Notes under the pieces: generated by a model
Databases searched by the model: none
Told to the model about the DNA's origin: nothing
The model's input: the letters and a program-made list of their open reading frames with translations, nothing else
Translations under genes and position numbers: made by a program
DNA from: an uncultured Clostridia bacterium
GTDB lineage: Bacteria > Bacillota > Clostridia > TANB77 > CAG-508
Length of the DNA stretch: 64,000 bases
Assembly (NCBI GenBank): GCA_944388605.1
Contig: CALXJJ010000003.1
Coordinates: 3,091 to 67,090 of the forward strand
Direction of reading: 5' to 3'
In this document: positions 1 through 9,935 of the stretch, piece by piece
Position numbering within the stretch: position 1 is the first letter of the stretch
Layout: the number at the start of each line of letters is the position of its first letter

Positions 1-469
1 TTCTTTCCCGAAGTTCACTTTGAGTTAAATTTTCCTTAGTCTTTATTATTATATCTTCTCTATATTCAATATTTAATTTATATGCTAGATTCTTTGCTAT
101 TAAAGAACTTTGATTATATCCTCTTGTTTTTTTCTTTTTATTACTTATTGGTATTGGTAGAATTATATCATATTTTTTTATTTTTCTACATACTTTTTCG
201 TTTTTTAATAAAAAATTTACAAAAGTATTATATAAATATGCCTTATCATTAAATTTATATTCTAATATTTTATCTCTTATTAAGCCTTTATATTCAAATA
301 TTGAAATTAATTCCGTAAAATTTTTATTATAAATATCTATTATCTTTAATCTCTGCAAGTCTTTTAATCTTAAATAACATCTATTACATAAACTTTTTTC
401 ATTTATCTTTCCGCAAATTCCACATTTATATGGGTATACAATATCTAATATTCTTTTAAAAATGTTCAT
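1..469 (-). CDS. comFC: ComF-family phosphoribosyltransferase-like protein; 3' end lies outside the window
   Basis: Absent from the ORF track because there is no stop in the window. The minus-strand ATG at 469 reads MNIFKRILDIVYPYKCGICGKINEKSLCNRCYLRLK (double CxxC N-terminus), then ...KKYDIILPIPISNKKKKTRGYNQSSLIAKNLA, the ComF/GntX family pattern. The frame checked open where translated. Confidence 0.7.
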   Translation of the reverse strand, partial: MNIFKRILDIVYPYKCGICGKINEKSLCNRCYLRLKDLQRLKIIDIYNKNFTELISIFEYKGLIRDKILEYKFNDKAYLYNTFVNFLLKNEKVCRKIKKYDIILPIPISNKKKKTRGYNQSSLIAKNLAYKLNIEYREDIIIKTKENLTQSELRER

Positions 470-2721
470 TATAGCTCCTTTTCTAATTTATATTGTAGCC
501 CCGTATTTCTTTTTTTCCCATCAATATTATTTATCATAAAATTTATTATATTAGGATTTCCTACTATAATAAGCATTTTTTTAGCTCTGGTCATTCCTGT
601 ATACAATAAATTCCTAGTAAGTAGCATTGGCGCTGATTGTGTTATTGGCATAATTACAACATCAAATTCACTTCCTTGTGCCTTATGAATAGTTATACTA
701 TAACTATGTTCTATTTGATCCATTTCATTGTATGCATACCATGCATATTTATCGTCATCAAATTTAATTTTAACCGTTTTTGTTTCTTCATTAAAACTTT
801 CTATTTTCCCCATCTCACCATTAAATACTCCTGAACCTGATTCAAATTTTTCTCCTTTTTTCTCCCAATATATATCATAATTATTTTTTATTTGCATAAC
901 TCTGTCACCAGTTCTAAAAATTGTTTTTCCTATTCTTTTTTCTTTTGAAAAATCTGTTTCAGGATTTAATTTTTCTTGAAGTATAACATTCAACTCTTTT
1001 GTTCCTAATTTTCCTTTTTTAGTTGGTGTAATGATTTGTATATTCTCAAAAAAATCATAATTTGCATATTTTTTTAGCCTTCCTGTACATAATGATATAA
1101 CATTGCTTAGTATTTTTTCTTGATTTGTCTCTGGTATGAAAAAAAAGTCGTCTTTAATTTCTTTATCTTCGTATTTTACTCCTATAAAACTTTCACCTTC
1201 GTTTACTTTATGTGAATTTAATATTATTTTACTTTTTGCAGCTTGCCTGAAAATTTTATTAAGTACTATAACCTCAATTCTATTTGAATTTATTATATCT
1301 TTCAATACACTACCAGGTCCTACTGATGGTAACTGATCTACATCTCCTACCAATACTAATTTTGTTCCTTTATATAATGCTTTAATTAAGTTATTCATCA
1401 AAAACATATCTACCATAGAAACTTCGTCAACTATAACTACATCTCCATCAATTGGTGATACATTTATTTCTTCTGCATATTCATCATCAATTGTTTTTTG
1501 TATTTCTAATAATCTATGTAAAGTTTTTGCTTCTTCTCCTGTTGCTTCTGTCATTCTTTTTGCCGCTCTACCTGTAGGCGCACATAATACAACTTTTTTT
1601 TCTTCTTTTTTATATAATTCTATAATTGTTTTTATTATAGTTGTTTTTCCTGTACCAGGTCCTCCTGTAATAACACATACATTATTATTATTTATTGCTA
1701 ATATTGCTTCCTTTTGCTTTTCTGACAAATCTATTATAGATTCTTTTTCTATATTTTTTAGTTTTTTGTCTATATTATGTATTTTCTTTACATTACTTGC
1801 ATTTACTAAATTCATTAATCTGTCTGCTATGTTTTGTTCTATTCTATAATAATTTGCTAAATAAATCCAATTTATTTCTTTTCTTTTTTCTTCTTTTATT
1901 TCTTCTTTTGCTTTCATAGTTATCATTGTCTCATGGACATCGTCATATGTTATTTCTAACAAATCTGAAACATATTGCATCAAATTTTCTTTATTTACAC
2001 ATGAATGTCCATTGGTTGTTGCTCTTAAAAAAGCATATTTTATTCCACTTCTGACTCTTTTATAATTATTTTTTTCTATTCCATTTTTTATAGCTAAACT
2101 ATCTATTTGTTTAAAATCAATATTATTTATTATATCTAATAATATGTACGGATTTGTTTCTATTTCTTCTATTGCATTATTACCTAATCTCTTATATACA
2201 GTTTGTGCACTTTGTGGTCCTAGTCCAAATTTTTCTAAGAATCCCACTATTTGCCACAATTCCCAGTTTTCTACAAAAGAATTTGCTATTTCTATAGCCC
2301 TTTCTTTAGTTATTCCTTTTACTTTACTTAATTTTTCAGGTTCGAATTTAAAAATATGTATTGTCTCTTCTCCAAAGGATTGGACTATATTTCTTGCAAT
2401 TGCAGGACCTATTCCTTTTATTAATCCATTTCCTAAATATCTTTCTAATGCTTCTAATGTACGTGGCATTATTTTCTCAAAAGTTGAAACTTTAAACTGT
2501 ACTCCATATTCTATATGTTCAACAAAATCTCCATATAATTTTAAAGTATCACCTATATTAACAAAAGGTAAATAACCTACTATTATTGTTTCTTCTTTAT
2601 CTGTTTCCAAGACAGCAACTGTATAACTATTCATTTCATTATGATAAACTATTTCTTTTACTTCTCCTATTATCTCCAAAATTTGCCTCTTTCCTTTTTG
2701 TTTATATATTGGGAAAGTCAT
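469..2721 (-). CDS. recD2: ATP-dependent RecD-like DNA helicase (RecD2)
   Basis: Track ORF 469..2775. Contains Walker A GGPGTGKTT, motif DEVSMVD and the late SF1 motif TIHKAQGSEF. I moved the start to the ATG at 2721 (MTFPIYKQ), which has AGGAAGAG upstream. The 18-codon extension to 2775 overlaps a repeat element. Confidence 0.9.
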   Translation of the reverse strand: MTFPIYKQKGKRQILEIIGEVKEIVYHNEMNSYTVAVLETDKEETIIVGYLPFVNIGDTLKLYGDFVEHIEYGVQFKVSTFEKIMPRTLEALERYLGNGLIKGIGPAIARNIVQSFGEETIHIFKFEPEKLSKVKGITKERAIEIANSFVENWELWQIVGFLEKFGLGPQSAQTVYKRLGNNAIEEIETNPYILLDIINNIDFKQIDSLAIKNGIEKNNYKRVRSGIKYAFLRATTNGHSCVNKENLMQYVSDLLEITYDDVHETMITMKAKEEIKEEKRKEINWIYLANYYRIEQNIADRLMNLVNASNVKKIHNIDKKLKNIEKESIIDLSEKQKEAILAINNNNVCVITGGPGTGKTTIIKTIIELYKKEEKKVVLCAPTGRAAKRMTEATGEEAKTLHRLLEIQKTIDDEYAEEINVSPIDGDVVIVDEVSMVDMFLMNNLIKALYKGTKLVLVGDVDQLPSVGPGSVLKDIINSNRIEVIVLNKIFRQAAKSKIILNSHKVNEGESFIGVKYEDKEIKDDFFFIPETNQEKILSNVISLCTGRLKKYANYDFFENIQIITPTKKGKLGTKELNVILQEKLNPETDFSKEKRIGKTIFRTGDRVMQIKNNYDIYWEKKGEKFESGSGVFNGEMGKIESFNEETKTVKIKFDDDKYAWYAYNEMDQIEHSYSITIHKAQGSEFDVVIMPITQSAPMLLTRNLLYTGMTRAKKMLIIVGNPNIINFMINNIDGKKRNTGLQYKLEKEL

Positions 2722-2751
2722 ACTTACTCTTCCTAATATATAACATATACT

Positions 2752-2823
2752 GCGAACAAATTCACGGAAAGTCAAAGAAAAAAGTTGAAAATACTATAAA
2801 TTTCAATGCTTACCGATTTGTTC
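2752..2823 (-). repeat. GGAAAG/CTTTCC hairpin repeat family, copy R1
   Basis: The minus strand reads GAACAAATCGGTAAGCATTGAAATTTATAGTATTTT...CTTTGACTTTCCGTGAATTTGTTC. The first ~37 nt align with copies at 31215, 32405 and 22106 (reverse). The termini are inverted repeats. Confidence 0.6.
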
Positions 2824-2912
2824 TTTTATTATTTAACATTATTTCTAAACACAAAATAAGTATAGCATAATTTTATCAAAATTACTATAATTATACCATA
2901 CTTATTTTATTA

Positions 2913-3269
2913 CTAACACTTTTCTTCATATCTGTCTATCATTTCTTTACATTCTCTCCAATTGACTGTTTGTAAACAGTCATAATCTTTAGACAATTTT
3001 TCTAATATTTGCATTGTATCATCTTTTGAATCTAAATCTGTTACAATTATATCTTTAACTATATCCTCTTTTCCATATAAAATTCTGAAAATTAGACTTC
3101 TCATAAATCCTTCAATTTTCTTGCCTTGATTTTTTACTGCTATAATAAGATATATTCCATCAGACTTAAAATTATTATATGTACAAACATATACAATAGT
3201 CTTAATAATTTCAAAAACACCATATAGAGCAAATGTCCATAATATAGCTTGATAAATGAAATTTATCAT
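2913..3269 (-). CDS. Hypothetical 118-aa membrane-anchored protein with a GT-A-like fragment
   Basis: Track ORF. It has one N-terminal hydrophobic helix (ILWTFALYGVFEIIKTIVYV). The following stretch LIIAVKNQGKKIEGFMRSL...IIVTDLDSKDDT resembles the start of family-2 glycosyltransferases but is far too short to be one. Confidence 0.5.
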   Translation of the reverse strand: MINFIYQAILWTFALYGVFEIIKTIVYVCTYNNFKSDGIYLIIAVKNQGKKIEGFMRSLIFRILYGKEDIVKDIIVTDLDSKDDTMQILEKLSKDYDCLQTVNWRECKEMIDRYEEKC

Positions 3270-3349
3270 ATAAAGTCCCCCCTATAATATATTATGAAAT
3301 TTATGCATAAAAGTTCTTATCACCAAATTTTACTCTATAAGTATTTTTA

Positions 3350-3395
3350 ATGGCAGTTCTTAAAATTTATTTTCTTAAATTTTAAGAACTGCCAT
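3350..3395 (-). terminator. Perfect 20-bp hairpin directly after the rplQ stop; end of the r-protein supra-operon
   Basis: ATGGCAGTTCTTAAAATTTA (3350-3369) and TAAATTTTAAGAACTGCCAT (3376-3395) are exact reverse complements. The U-tract on the minus strand is weak. Confidence 0.55.
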
Positions 3396-3398
3396 ATT

Positions 3399-3923
3399 TT
3401 ATACTAATTCTAATATAGCTACCTCAGCTGAATCTCCTCTACGAGGTCCTACTTTTATTATTCTAGTATAACCTCCAACTCTTCCTTCATATTTTGTAGC
3501 TAATTCATCTAATAATTTTGAAGTTAAATCTATTTTATTTCCTTTTTCGTCTTTTACTTTGTTAATCTTTTTCATCATTTTTCTTCTTGCATTTAATCTT
3601 GATGGCTTGTCTTTCTTTCTCTTTTCAGTAGTTGTTTCTTTTACTACTTTTAAATATTCCTTGCCATTTTTGCTTTTTACTAATTCTGTTATTTTGTTTC
3701 CATTATTATCTAATTTTGCTTTTACTACTTTTACATCTACCATTTCAAAATTATCTTTTTCTTTAATTGCTAAAGCTATTAAACTATCTGCTATTTTCTT
3801 TACTTCTTTTGCTCTAGCTTCTGTTGTTTCAATTCTTCCATGTAATATAAAATCAGATGTTAAAGATTTTAGCATAGCAAGTCTTATGTCTGTTTTTCTG
3901 CCTAACTTTCTATTTATAGCCAA
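3399..3923 (-). CDS. rplQ: 50S ribosomal protein L17 (bL17) with a Lys-rich internal insertion
   Basis: N-terminus [21 protein letters not shown]...[10 protein letters not shown] and C-terminus [25 protein letters not shown] are L17 signatures. It is 174 aa, against roughly 115-130 aa in typical bacteria. Confidence 0.95.
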   Translation of the reverse strand: MAINRKLGRKTDIRLAMLKSLTSDFILHGRIETTEARAKEVKKIADSLIALAIKEKDNFEMVDVKVVKAKLDNNGNKITELVKSKNGKEYLKVVKETTTEKRKKDKPSRLNARRKMMKKINKVKDEKGNKIDLTSKLLDELATKYEGRVGGYTRIIKVGPRRGDSAEVAILELV

Positions 3924-3938
3924 TTTATTTCCCTCCTT

Positions 3939-4886
3939 TTAGTCTTCCTCTTTAGCGAAGTCTAATCCTAAAGAATGTAATTTATTTGTAACTTCATCTA
4001 AAGATTTCTTTCCTAGATTTCTTACTTTCATCATATCTTCTTCTGTCTTTGTTGCTAAATCTTCTACTGTTGAAATTCCAGCTCTTTTTAAACAATTGAA
4101 AGATCTTACTGATAATTCTAAATCTTCTATTGACATTTCAAGTACTTTTTCTTTCTTAGACTCCTCTTTTTCAACCATTACTTGAGTATTTCTTGCAGTT
4201 TCTGATAAATCAATAAATAATTCTAAATGTCCAACCATTACTTTAGCAGCTAAGCTTAAAGCTTCATATGGTTTTAAACTTCCATCTGTCCATACCTCTA
4301 TTGTTAATTTATCATAATCTACCATTTGACCAACTCTTGTGTTTTCAATTGAATAATTTACTTTCTTTACAGGTGTAAATATAGAATCTATTGGTAGAAC
4401 ATCTATAGCCTGATCTGGTTTTTTATTTTTTTCTGCCACATTATATCCTCTACCCATTTCGGCAGTCATTTCCATTTTCAATGAACCACCTTCTGCAATA
4501 GTAGCTATATGTAAGTCTGGATTCAATATTTCCACTGTTCCATCTGTTATAATATCACCTGCTGTCACTTCACCTTCACCTGAAAAGTCTATTCTTAAAA
4601 TTTTTTCTTCATTTTTATCAAGTTTTAACCTTACCATTTTTAAATTTATTATAATTTCTGGAACATCTTCTACAACATTTTCAATACTTGAAAATTCATG
4701 CATAACTCCATCTATTTTTACACTTGTTATAGCACTACCTGGTAATGAAGAAAGTAATATTCTTCTTAATGAGTTTCCTATTGTTACTCCATAACCACGC
4801 TCTAATGGCTCACATACAAATTTTCCATAATTTTTTTCATTGTCCATCTCTAAGCATTTTATATTTGGTTTTTCAAATTCTATCAT
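3939..4886 (-). CDS. rpoA: DNA-directed RNA polymerase subunit alpha
   Basis: 315 aa. [23 protein letters not shown] and [29 protein letters not shown]. Canonical position after rpsD. Confidence 0.97.
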   Translation of the reverse strand: MIEFEKPNIKCLEMDNEKNYGKFVCEPLERGYGVTIGNSLRRILLSSLPGSAITSVKIDGVMHEFSSIENVVEDVPEIIINLKMVRLKLDKNEEKILRIDFSGEGEVTAGDIITDGTVEILNPDLHIATIAEGGSLKMEMTAEMGRGYNVAEKNKKPDQAIDVLPIDSIFTPVKKVNYSIENTRVGQMVDYDKLTIEVWTDGSLKPYEALSLAAKVMVGHLELFIDLSETARNTQVMVEKEESKKEKVLEMSIEDLELSVRSFNCLKRAGISTVEDLATKTEEDMMKVRNLGKKSLDEVTNKLHSLGLDFAKEED

Positions 4887-4914
4887 TTTAACCTCCCTAA
4901 ATTATCTATAAACA

Positions 4915-5541
4915 TTATTTAGAGTATAATTCAACTATTAAATGTTCTTCTACTGGAATATCAATATCTTCTCTTGATGCTAATCTCACAACTTTGCCAC
5001 TTAATTTATCTACATCTTTTTCTAACCAAGTTGGAACTGGTCTTGCTGAATTCTCTTCAACATTTAATTTTATAGCTCCATTATCTTTTCTTATTTCTCT
5101 TACAGATATAATATCTCCTGCTTTTACTAGATATGATGGTATATCTACTTTGTGACCATTTACTTCAAATGCCCCATGTGTTACAAGCATTCTAGCTTGT
5201 GCTCTTGAAGCACCATATCCTAATCTATAAACAACATTGTCTAATCTACTTTCTAATATTTGAAGCAAAATTTCACCTGTTTTTCCTCTTGAATTAGAAG
5301 CCATATCAAAATATTTTCTAAATTGCTTCTCTCCTACCCCATAAAATGCTTTTGTTTTTTGTTTTTCTCTTAACTGAGTACCATATTCTGAAAGTTTTTT
5401 CTTTTTTTGTCCATTTTGACCTGGTGCGTAATTTCTTCTTGCAATACTACATTTATCTGTATAACATCTTGAACCTTTTAAGAATAACTTCTGTCCTTCT
5501 CTACGGCAAATTCTACATTGTTCATCTTTATATCTTGCCAT
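4915..5541 (-). CDS. rpsD: 30S ribosomal protein S4
   Basis: [23 protein letters not shown]..., with the S4 RNA-binding domain [13 protein letters not shown]. Confidence 0.97.
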   Translation of the reverse strand: MARYKDEQCRICRREGQKLFLKGSRCYTDKCSIARRNYAPGQNGQKKKKLSEYGTQLREKQKTKAFYGVGEKQFRKYFDMASNSRGKTGEILLQILESRLDNVVYRLGYGASRAQARMLVTHGAFEVNGHKVDIPSYLVKAGDIISVREIRKDNGAIKLNVEENSARPVPTWLEKDVDKLSGKVVRLASREDIDIPVEEHLIVELYSK

Positions 5542-5562
5542 TTTTTATTTCACCTTCCTTAA

Positions 5563-5961
5563 TTAAACTCTACGTCTTTTTGGTGGTCTACATCCATTAT
5601 GAGGAATTGGAGTTACATCTTTTATTGTACTTATTTCCAATCCTGCTGATTGAAGAGACCTAATTGCAGCTTCACGACCTGAACCTGGTCCTTTTACATA
5701 TACTTCCACTGATTTTAATCCATGTTCCATTGCAGCTTTTGCAGCTGTTTCTGCAGCTTGACCTGCTGCATAAGGTGTGCTTTTTCTTGAGCCTTTAAAT
5801 CCTAACTCACCAGCACTTGCCCAAGATATACTATTACCTTGAACATCTGTTATTGTAACAATTGTATTATTAAAACTAGAATGGATATGAACCATACCTT
5901 TATCGATATTCTTTCTATCTCTTCTTCTAGTTGTAGATCTTTTTGTTCCTTTAGTAGCCAT
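5563..5961 (-). CDS. rpsK: 30S ribosomal protein S11
   Basis: [18 protein letters not shown]...[13 protein letters not shown]. Confidence 0.97.
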   Translation of the reverse strand: MATKGTKRSTTRRRDRKNIDKGMVHIHSSFNNTIVTITDVQGNSISWASAGELGFKGSRKSTPYAAGQAAETAAKAAMEHGLKSVEVYVKGPGSGREAAIRSLQSAGLEISTIKDVTPIPHNGCRPPKRRRV

Positions 5962-5990
5962 TTTTCTACTCCCTTCTTAAAAGTTATATT

Positions 5991-6359
5991 TTATTTATTT
6001 TTTGCTCTGCTTACTAATTTTCTAGGACCTTTTCTTGTACGAGCATTAGTCTTTGTTCTTTGTCCTCTAACTGGAAGACCTCTTCTATGTCTTAATCCTC
6101 TATAACATCCTATTTCTGTCAATCTTTTTATATTTAGAGCAACTTCCCTACGTAAATCTCCTTCTGTCTTATAACCTTCCATTGCAGTTCTTATAGCTTT
6201 TACTTGATCATCTGTTAAATCTTTCACTCTAATATCTGGATTTACTCCAGCTTCTTTTAATATTTTTTGTGAGCTTGGTAATCCTATTCCATATATATAT
6301 GTTAATCCAATCTCTACTCTTTTTTCTCTAGGTAAATCTACTCCTGCTATACGAGCCAT
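5991..6359 (-). CDS. rpsM: 30S ribosomal protein S13
   Basis: [26 protein letters not shown]. Confidence 0.97.
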   Translation of the reverse strand: MARIAGVDLPREKRVEIGLTYIYGIGLPSSQKILKEAGVNPDIRVKDLTDDQVKAIRTAMEGYKTEGDLRREVALNIKRLTEIGCYRGLRHRRGLPVRGQRTKTNARTRKGPRKLVSRAKNK

Positions 6360-6468
6360 TTTTTAGCACCTCCAAAGTTTATTTTATTAATTATGTTGCT
6401 TTTTATTGCTAATGGTGAAATGCACTAAAAGGACCTTAGTCATTAACATTTCAAAGCATGTATATAAA

Positions 6469-6522
6469 CACAAATCCAAGTTTCGTTAATATTAACGAAT
6501 TCAGCCGCTACTTTGATTTGTG
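6469..6522 (-). other. Structured element in the 180-nt rpmJ-rpsM spacer
   Basis: The outer stem CACAAATCCAAGT (6469-6481) pairs with ACTTTGATTTGTG (6510-6522). It encloses the perfect palindrome TTCGTTAATATTAACGAA. On the minus strand it is followed by UUUAUAUAC. Confidence 0.45.
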
Positions 6523-6539
6523 CTTTTAACTTTTTTATA

Positions 6540-6653
6540 TTACCCTTGTCTTTGTTTATGTTTTGGGTTTTCACAAATTACTCTTATTACACCTTTTCTT
6601 TTTATAACTTTGCATTTTGGGCAAATTGGTTTTACTGATGGTCTTACCTTCAT
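6540..6653 (-). CDS. rpmJ: 50S ribosomal protein L36 (zinc-binding form)
   Basis: Absent from the ORF track (<60 aa). The minus-strand ATG at 6653 gives [37 protein letters not shown] followed by a stop at 6540-6542. Confidence 0.95.
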   Translation of the reverse strand: MKVRPSVKPICPKCKVIKRKGVIRVICENPKHKQRQG

Positions 6654-6703
6654 TTCAACTAGCACCTCCACTATTTTATATATTTGGGTTAATTACTTAC
6701 TTT

Positions 6704-6922
6704 TTATTTTGCTCTCCAAGTAATTCTTCCACGTGTCAAATCATATGGTGAAAGCTCTACTTTTACTTTGTCTCCAGGTAATATTTTTATATAATTCATT
6801 CTTAATTTACCTGAAATATGAGCTAGTATTTGATGTCCATTTTCAAGTTCTACTTTAAAATTAGTATTTGGTAAAGCTTCTACTACTGTACCTTCTACTT
6901 CTATAACATCTTCTTTTGCCAT
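6704..6922 (-). CDS. infA: Translation initiation factor IF-1
   Basis: [53 protein letters not shown]. Confidence 0.97.
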   Translation of the reverse strand: MAKEDVIEVEGTVVEALPNTNFKVELENGHQILAHISGKLRMNYIKILPGDKVKVELSPYDLTRGRITWRAK

Positions 6923-6979
6923 AATTTCCTCCTAATACCGTTAGATAAACAATATCTTTTATATTATACTATAGTTTTT

Positions 6980-7747
6980 TTACAATGTCAATATTTCAGG
7001 TTCTTTTTCTGTAATTAATATAGTATTTTCATAATGTGCAGCTAAACTTCCATCTTCAGTAATTATTGTCCATCCATCTTCTAATTCCAATATGTCTGGT
7101 TTGCCTTCTATAACCATTGGTTCAATTGCGAGTGTCATACCTGGTTCCAATTTAATTCCTCTACCAGGTTTGCCATAATTAGGTATTCCTGGATCTTCAT
7201 GCATACTTTGACCAATTCCATGTCCTTGAAATTCTCTTACCACACTATATCCATTTTTTCCTACAAATTCACCTATTGCATGTGAAATATCTCCTATTCT
7301 ATTTCCTACTTTAGCATATTTTATCCCTTCAAAAAAGGCTTGTTTTGTTATTTCTACTAATCTTGTAGCACTTTTACTTGCATTCCCTACAATATATGTT
7401 CTAGCTGCATCTCCATTATATCCATTCTTATATACAACTAAATCTATACTTACTAAATCTCCATCTTTTACTTTAACTTTATCAGATGGTATTCCATGTA
7501 TTACTTCATCATTTATAGAAACACATATTGTTGCTGGGAAATTTGGTACTCCTTTTATTCCACTTGGATAACCTTTTTGCGCTGGAATACCACCGTTTTT
7601 TCTTATAAAGTTTTCAGCTATTTTGTCTAATTCCAAAGTTGTAATTCCAGGTTTTATAGCTTTTTCAATTTCTTTATGAACTGCATTTGTTAATTTACAT
7701 GCCTCTTTCATAAGTTCAATTTCTCTTCTCGACTTTATCGTAACCAC
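6980..7747 (-). CDS. map: Type I methionine aminopeptidase
   Basis: 255 aa with a MetAP fold and motifs GDLVSIDL, FQGHGIG and TLAIEPM. Apparent GTG start. Canonical position between adk and infA. Confidence 0.93.
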   Translation of the reverse strand: MVTIKSRREIELMKEACKLTNAVHKEIEKAIKPGITTLELDKIAENFIRKNGGIPAQKGYPSGIKGVPNFPATICVSINDEVIHGIPSDKVKVKDGDLVSIDLVVYKNGYNGDAARTYIVGNASKSATRLVEITKQAFFEGIKYAKVGNRIGDISHAIGEFVGKNGYSVVREFQGHGIGQSMHEDPGIPNYGKPGRGIKLEPGMTLAIEPMVIEGKPDILELEDGWTIITEDGSLAAHYENTILITEKEPEILTL

Positions 7748-7773
7748 TTTATTTACTTCCTTTTATTAAATAA

Positions 7774-8454
7774 TTAAATTGTAGCTTTAAGCTCTTCTAC
7801 CAAAACTTTTCCAACATCATTTGATGTTAAATTAGTTTCACTACCTAATTTTATATTTTTCAATACATTTTGATTTTTATAATAATTTATTAGTTCATCA
7901 GCTGTACTATGATAAACCTCTAGCCTTCTTTTTATAGTTTCCTCTTTATCATCTTGTCTTTGTACTAATTTTGACCCACATTTATCACATAATCCATCTC
8001 TAATTGGAGGTTTAAAATCTAAATTGTAAATTTCTCCACATTCTTTATTTGGGCAACATCTTCTTCTAGATATTCTTGCTATAACTTCATTGTCAGGTAA
8101 AGACAAATTAATAGCAAGGTTTACTTTATTATTCCCTTTACTTAAAAGTTTGTCCAATTCTTTAGCTTGATTCTCAGTTCTAGGAAAACCATCTAATATT
8201 GCTCCATTTATTACATCTGATTCTTGTAACCTATTTCCAACTAATTGTACAACAAGTTCATCTGGAACTAATAATCCTTTACTCATATAATCTTCTATTT
8301 TTTTCCCAATTTCTTTATCCTTTTTTACATATGTTCTAAAAATATCTCCTGATGAAATTCTTACTATTCCCAATTCTTTTTCTAAAATTCCTCCTATTGT
8401 TCCTTTCCCTGTTCCTGGCGCTCCTAACATTACTATAAACATTTTGATATTCAT
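7774..8454 (-). CDS. adk: Adenylate kinase with a zinc-lid
   Basis: P-loop GAPGTGKGT and lid CCPNKECG...CDKCG. The start is ambiguous between the ATGs at 8454 and 8442. Confidence 0.93.
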   Translation of the reverse strand: MNIKMFIVMLGAPGTGKGTIGGILEKELGIVRISSGDIFRTYVKKDKEIGKKIEDYMSKGLLVPDELVVQLVGNRLQESDVINGAILDGFPRTENQAKELDKLLSKGNNKVNLAINLSLPDNEVIARISRRRCCPNKECGEIYNLDFKPPIRDGLCDKCGSKLVQRQDDKEETIKRRLEVYHSTADELINYYKNQNVLKNIKLGSETNLTSNDVGKVLVEELKATI

Positions 8455-8510
8455 TCCTTTCTAGGCATAACTATAGTTTTTATATAGTCCAAACTTTTTT
8501 ACAAACAAAC

Positions 8511-8588
8511 AAGAAGTCTTGAATTTTCGATATGTACACTAATCTAACAGGACGTTAGAATGTAGCATCGTCCTTTTCAGACTTCTTC
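8511..8588 (-). other. Structured element in the 155-nt secY-adk spacer
   Basis: The outer stem AAGAAGTCTTGAA (8511-8523) pairs with TTCAGACTTCTT (8577-8588). An inner hairpin is GGACG...CGTCC. On the minus strand it is followed by GUUUGUUUGU. Confidence 0.45.
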
Positions 8589-8609
8589 GCTTTGTATATA
8601 TTATTTTAT

Positions 8610-9935
8610 TTAATCTAAAAATCCTTTATAATGACGTACAGCTAATTGAGATTCCATTTGTTGCACTATTTCAATAGCAACACTAACTACAATAAGTATT
8701 GATGTTCCTCCAAATGCTAAATTTAAAGTTGTAAACCTTAAGAACATTGGAAGGATAGCAATTATTGCTAAGAATATTCCTCCATATAATGTTAATTTTG
8801 AAATTACATTTGATAAATATTCTGTTGTTGGTTTACCAGCTCTTATACCTGGTATAAATCCGCCATTTCTTTTAATATTATTTGATATATCTGCTGGATT
8901 AAATGTTGCATATGTATAAAAATATGTAAATCCTATAATTAATAACAAATATATTATTGCATTAGCAATTGTAAAACCTATTGCCACTTCTGAAGATGAT
9001 GTTGCAAGTGAGAAATTGTAAATTGTATACCAAAAACCTGATGTTCTTTCTGCTATATCTTTAATAAACAAAGGTATGATCATTGCAGGAAATGTCATAA
9101 ATGAAGAAGCAAATATTATTGGCATTACACCTGCCATTGCAAGTTTCAATGGTATATGTGTATTTTGTGCTCCTACCATCTTTCTTCCTACCACTCTTTT
9201 TGAATACTGTACAGGAATTCTTCTTTCTGCTTGTTGTACAAATACAACACCAGCAACTAATAATATAGCTCCTATAATAACTCCTATAGCTGTTAATAAT
9301 CCTGTAGTACTAAATGTTCCATTACCTGCAATCAAGTTCCAAATTGTAACTACAGCTGATGGAAGTCCTGCTATAATACCTACAAATATAATTAATGAAA
9401 TTCCATTACCTATTCCTTTATTTGTAATCTCTTCTCCTAACCACATTAAAATAGCTGTTCCTGCCATTAATGAAATTATAATTGTTATCGCTGTTCCAAT
9501 TCCTGTATCTAAGAATATTCCTGAATTTCTATAAGATAAATATATTCCTAATCCTTCTATTAAAGCTAATATTATAGTAAGAATCTTTGTATACAAACTC
9601 ATCTTTCTTCTTCCTACTTCTCCACCTTCTTTTGCTAATCTTTCTAATGCAGGAATTACAAATGTTAACAATTGAATTACAATTGATGCTGTAATATATG
9701 GAGTTATTGACATAGCAAATATTGAAAATCTAGAAAATGCTCCTCCTGATATTAAGTCAACAATTCCAGATAAACCACTTGCTGATGCATTCATAATTGT
9801 CGATAATTGAAATGTATCTACTCCAGGGATTGTTATATAACATCCTAAACGGAATATAACAATTAGTAACAATGTATATAATATTCTTTTTCTAACTTCA
9901 GGTGTTTTAATTGCATTTATTATCGTTTTAAACAA
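8610..9935 (-). CDS. secY: Preprotein translocase subunit SecY
   Basis: 441-aa polytopic membrane protein. Canonical position after rplO. Confidence 0.96.
   Translation of the reverse strand: MFKTIINAIKTPEVRKRILYTLLLIVIFRLGCYITIPGVDTFQLSTIMNASASGLSGIVDLISGGAFSRFSIFAMSITPYITASIVIQLLTFVIPALERLAKEGGEVGRRKMSLYTKILTIILALIEGLGIYLSYRNSGIFLDTGIGTAITIIISLMAGTAILMWLGEEITNKGIGNGISLIIFVGIIAGLPSAVVTIWNLIAGNGTFSTTGLLTAIGVIIGAILLVAGVVFVQQAERRIPVQYSKRVVGRKMVGAQNTHIPLKLAMAGVMPIIFASSFMTFPAMIIPLFIKDIAERTSGFWYTIYNFSLATSSSEVAIGFTIANAIIYLLLIIGFTYFYTYATFNPADISNNIKRNGGFIPGIRAGKPTTEYLSNVISKLTLYGGIFLAIIAILPMFLRFTTLNLAFGGTSILIVVSVAIEIVQQMESQLAVRHYKGFLD

Noticed and set aside
2722-2775. An 18-codon N-terminal extension of recD2 in the ORF track.
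   Set aside because: The internal ATG at 2721 has a good RBS, and the extension overlaps the repeat element at 2752-2823.
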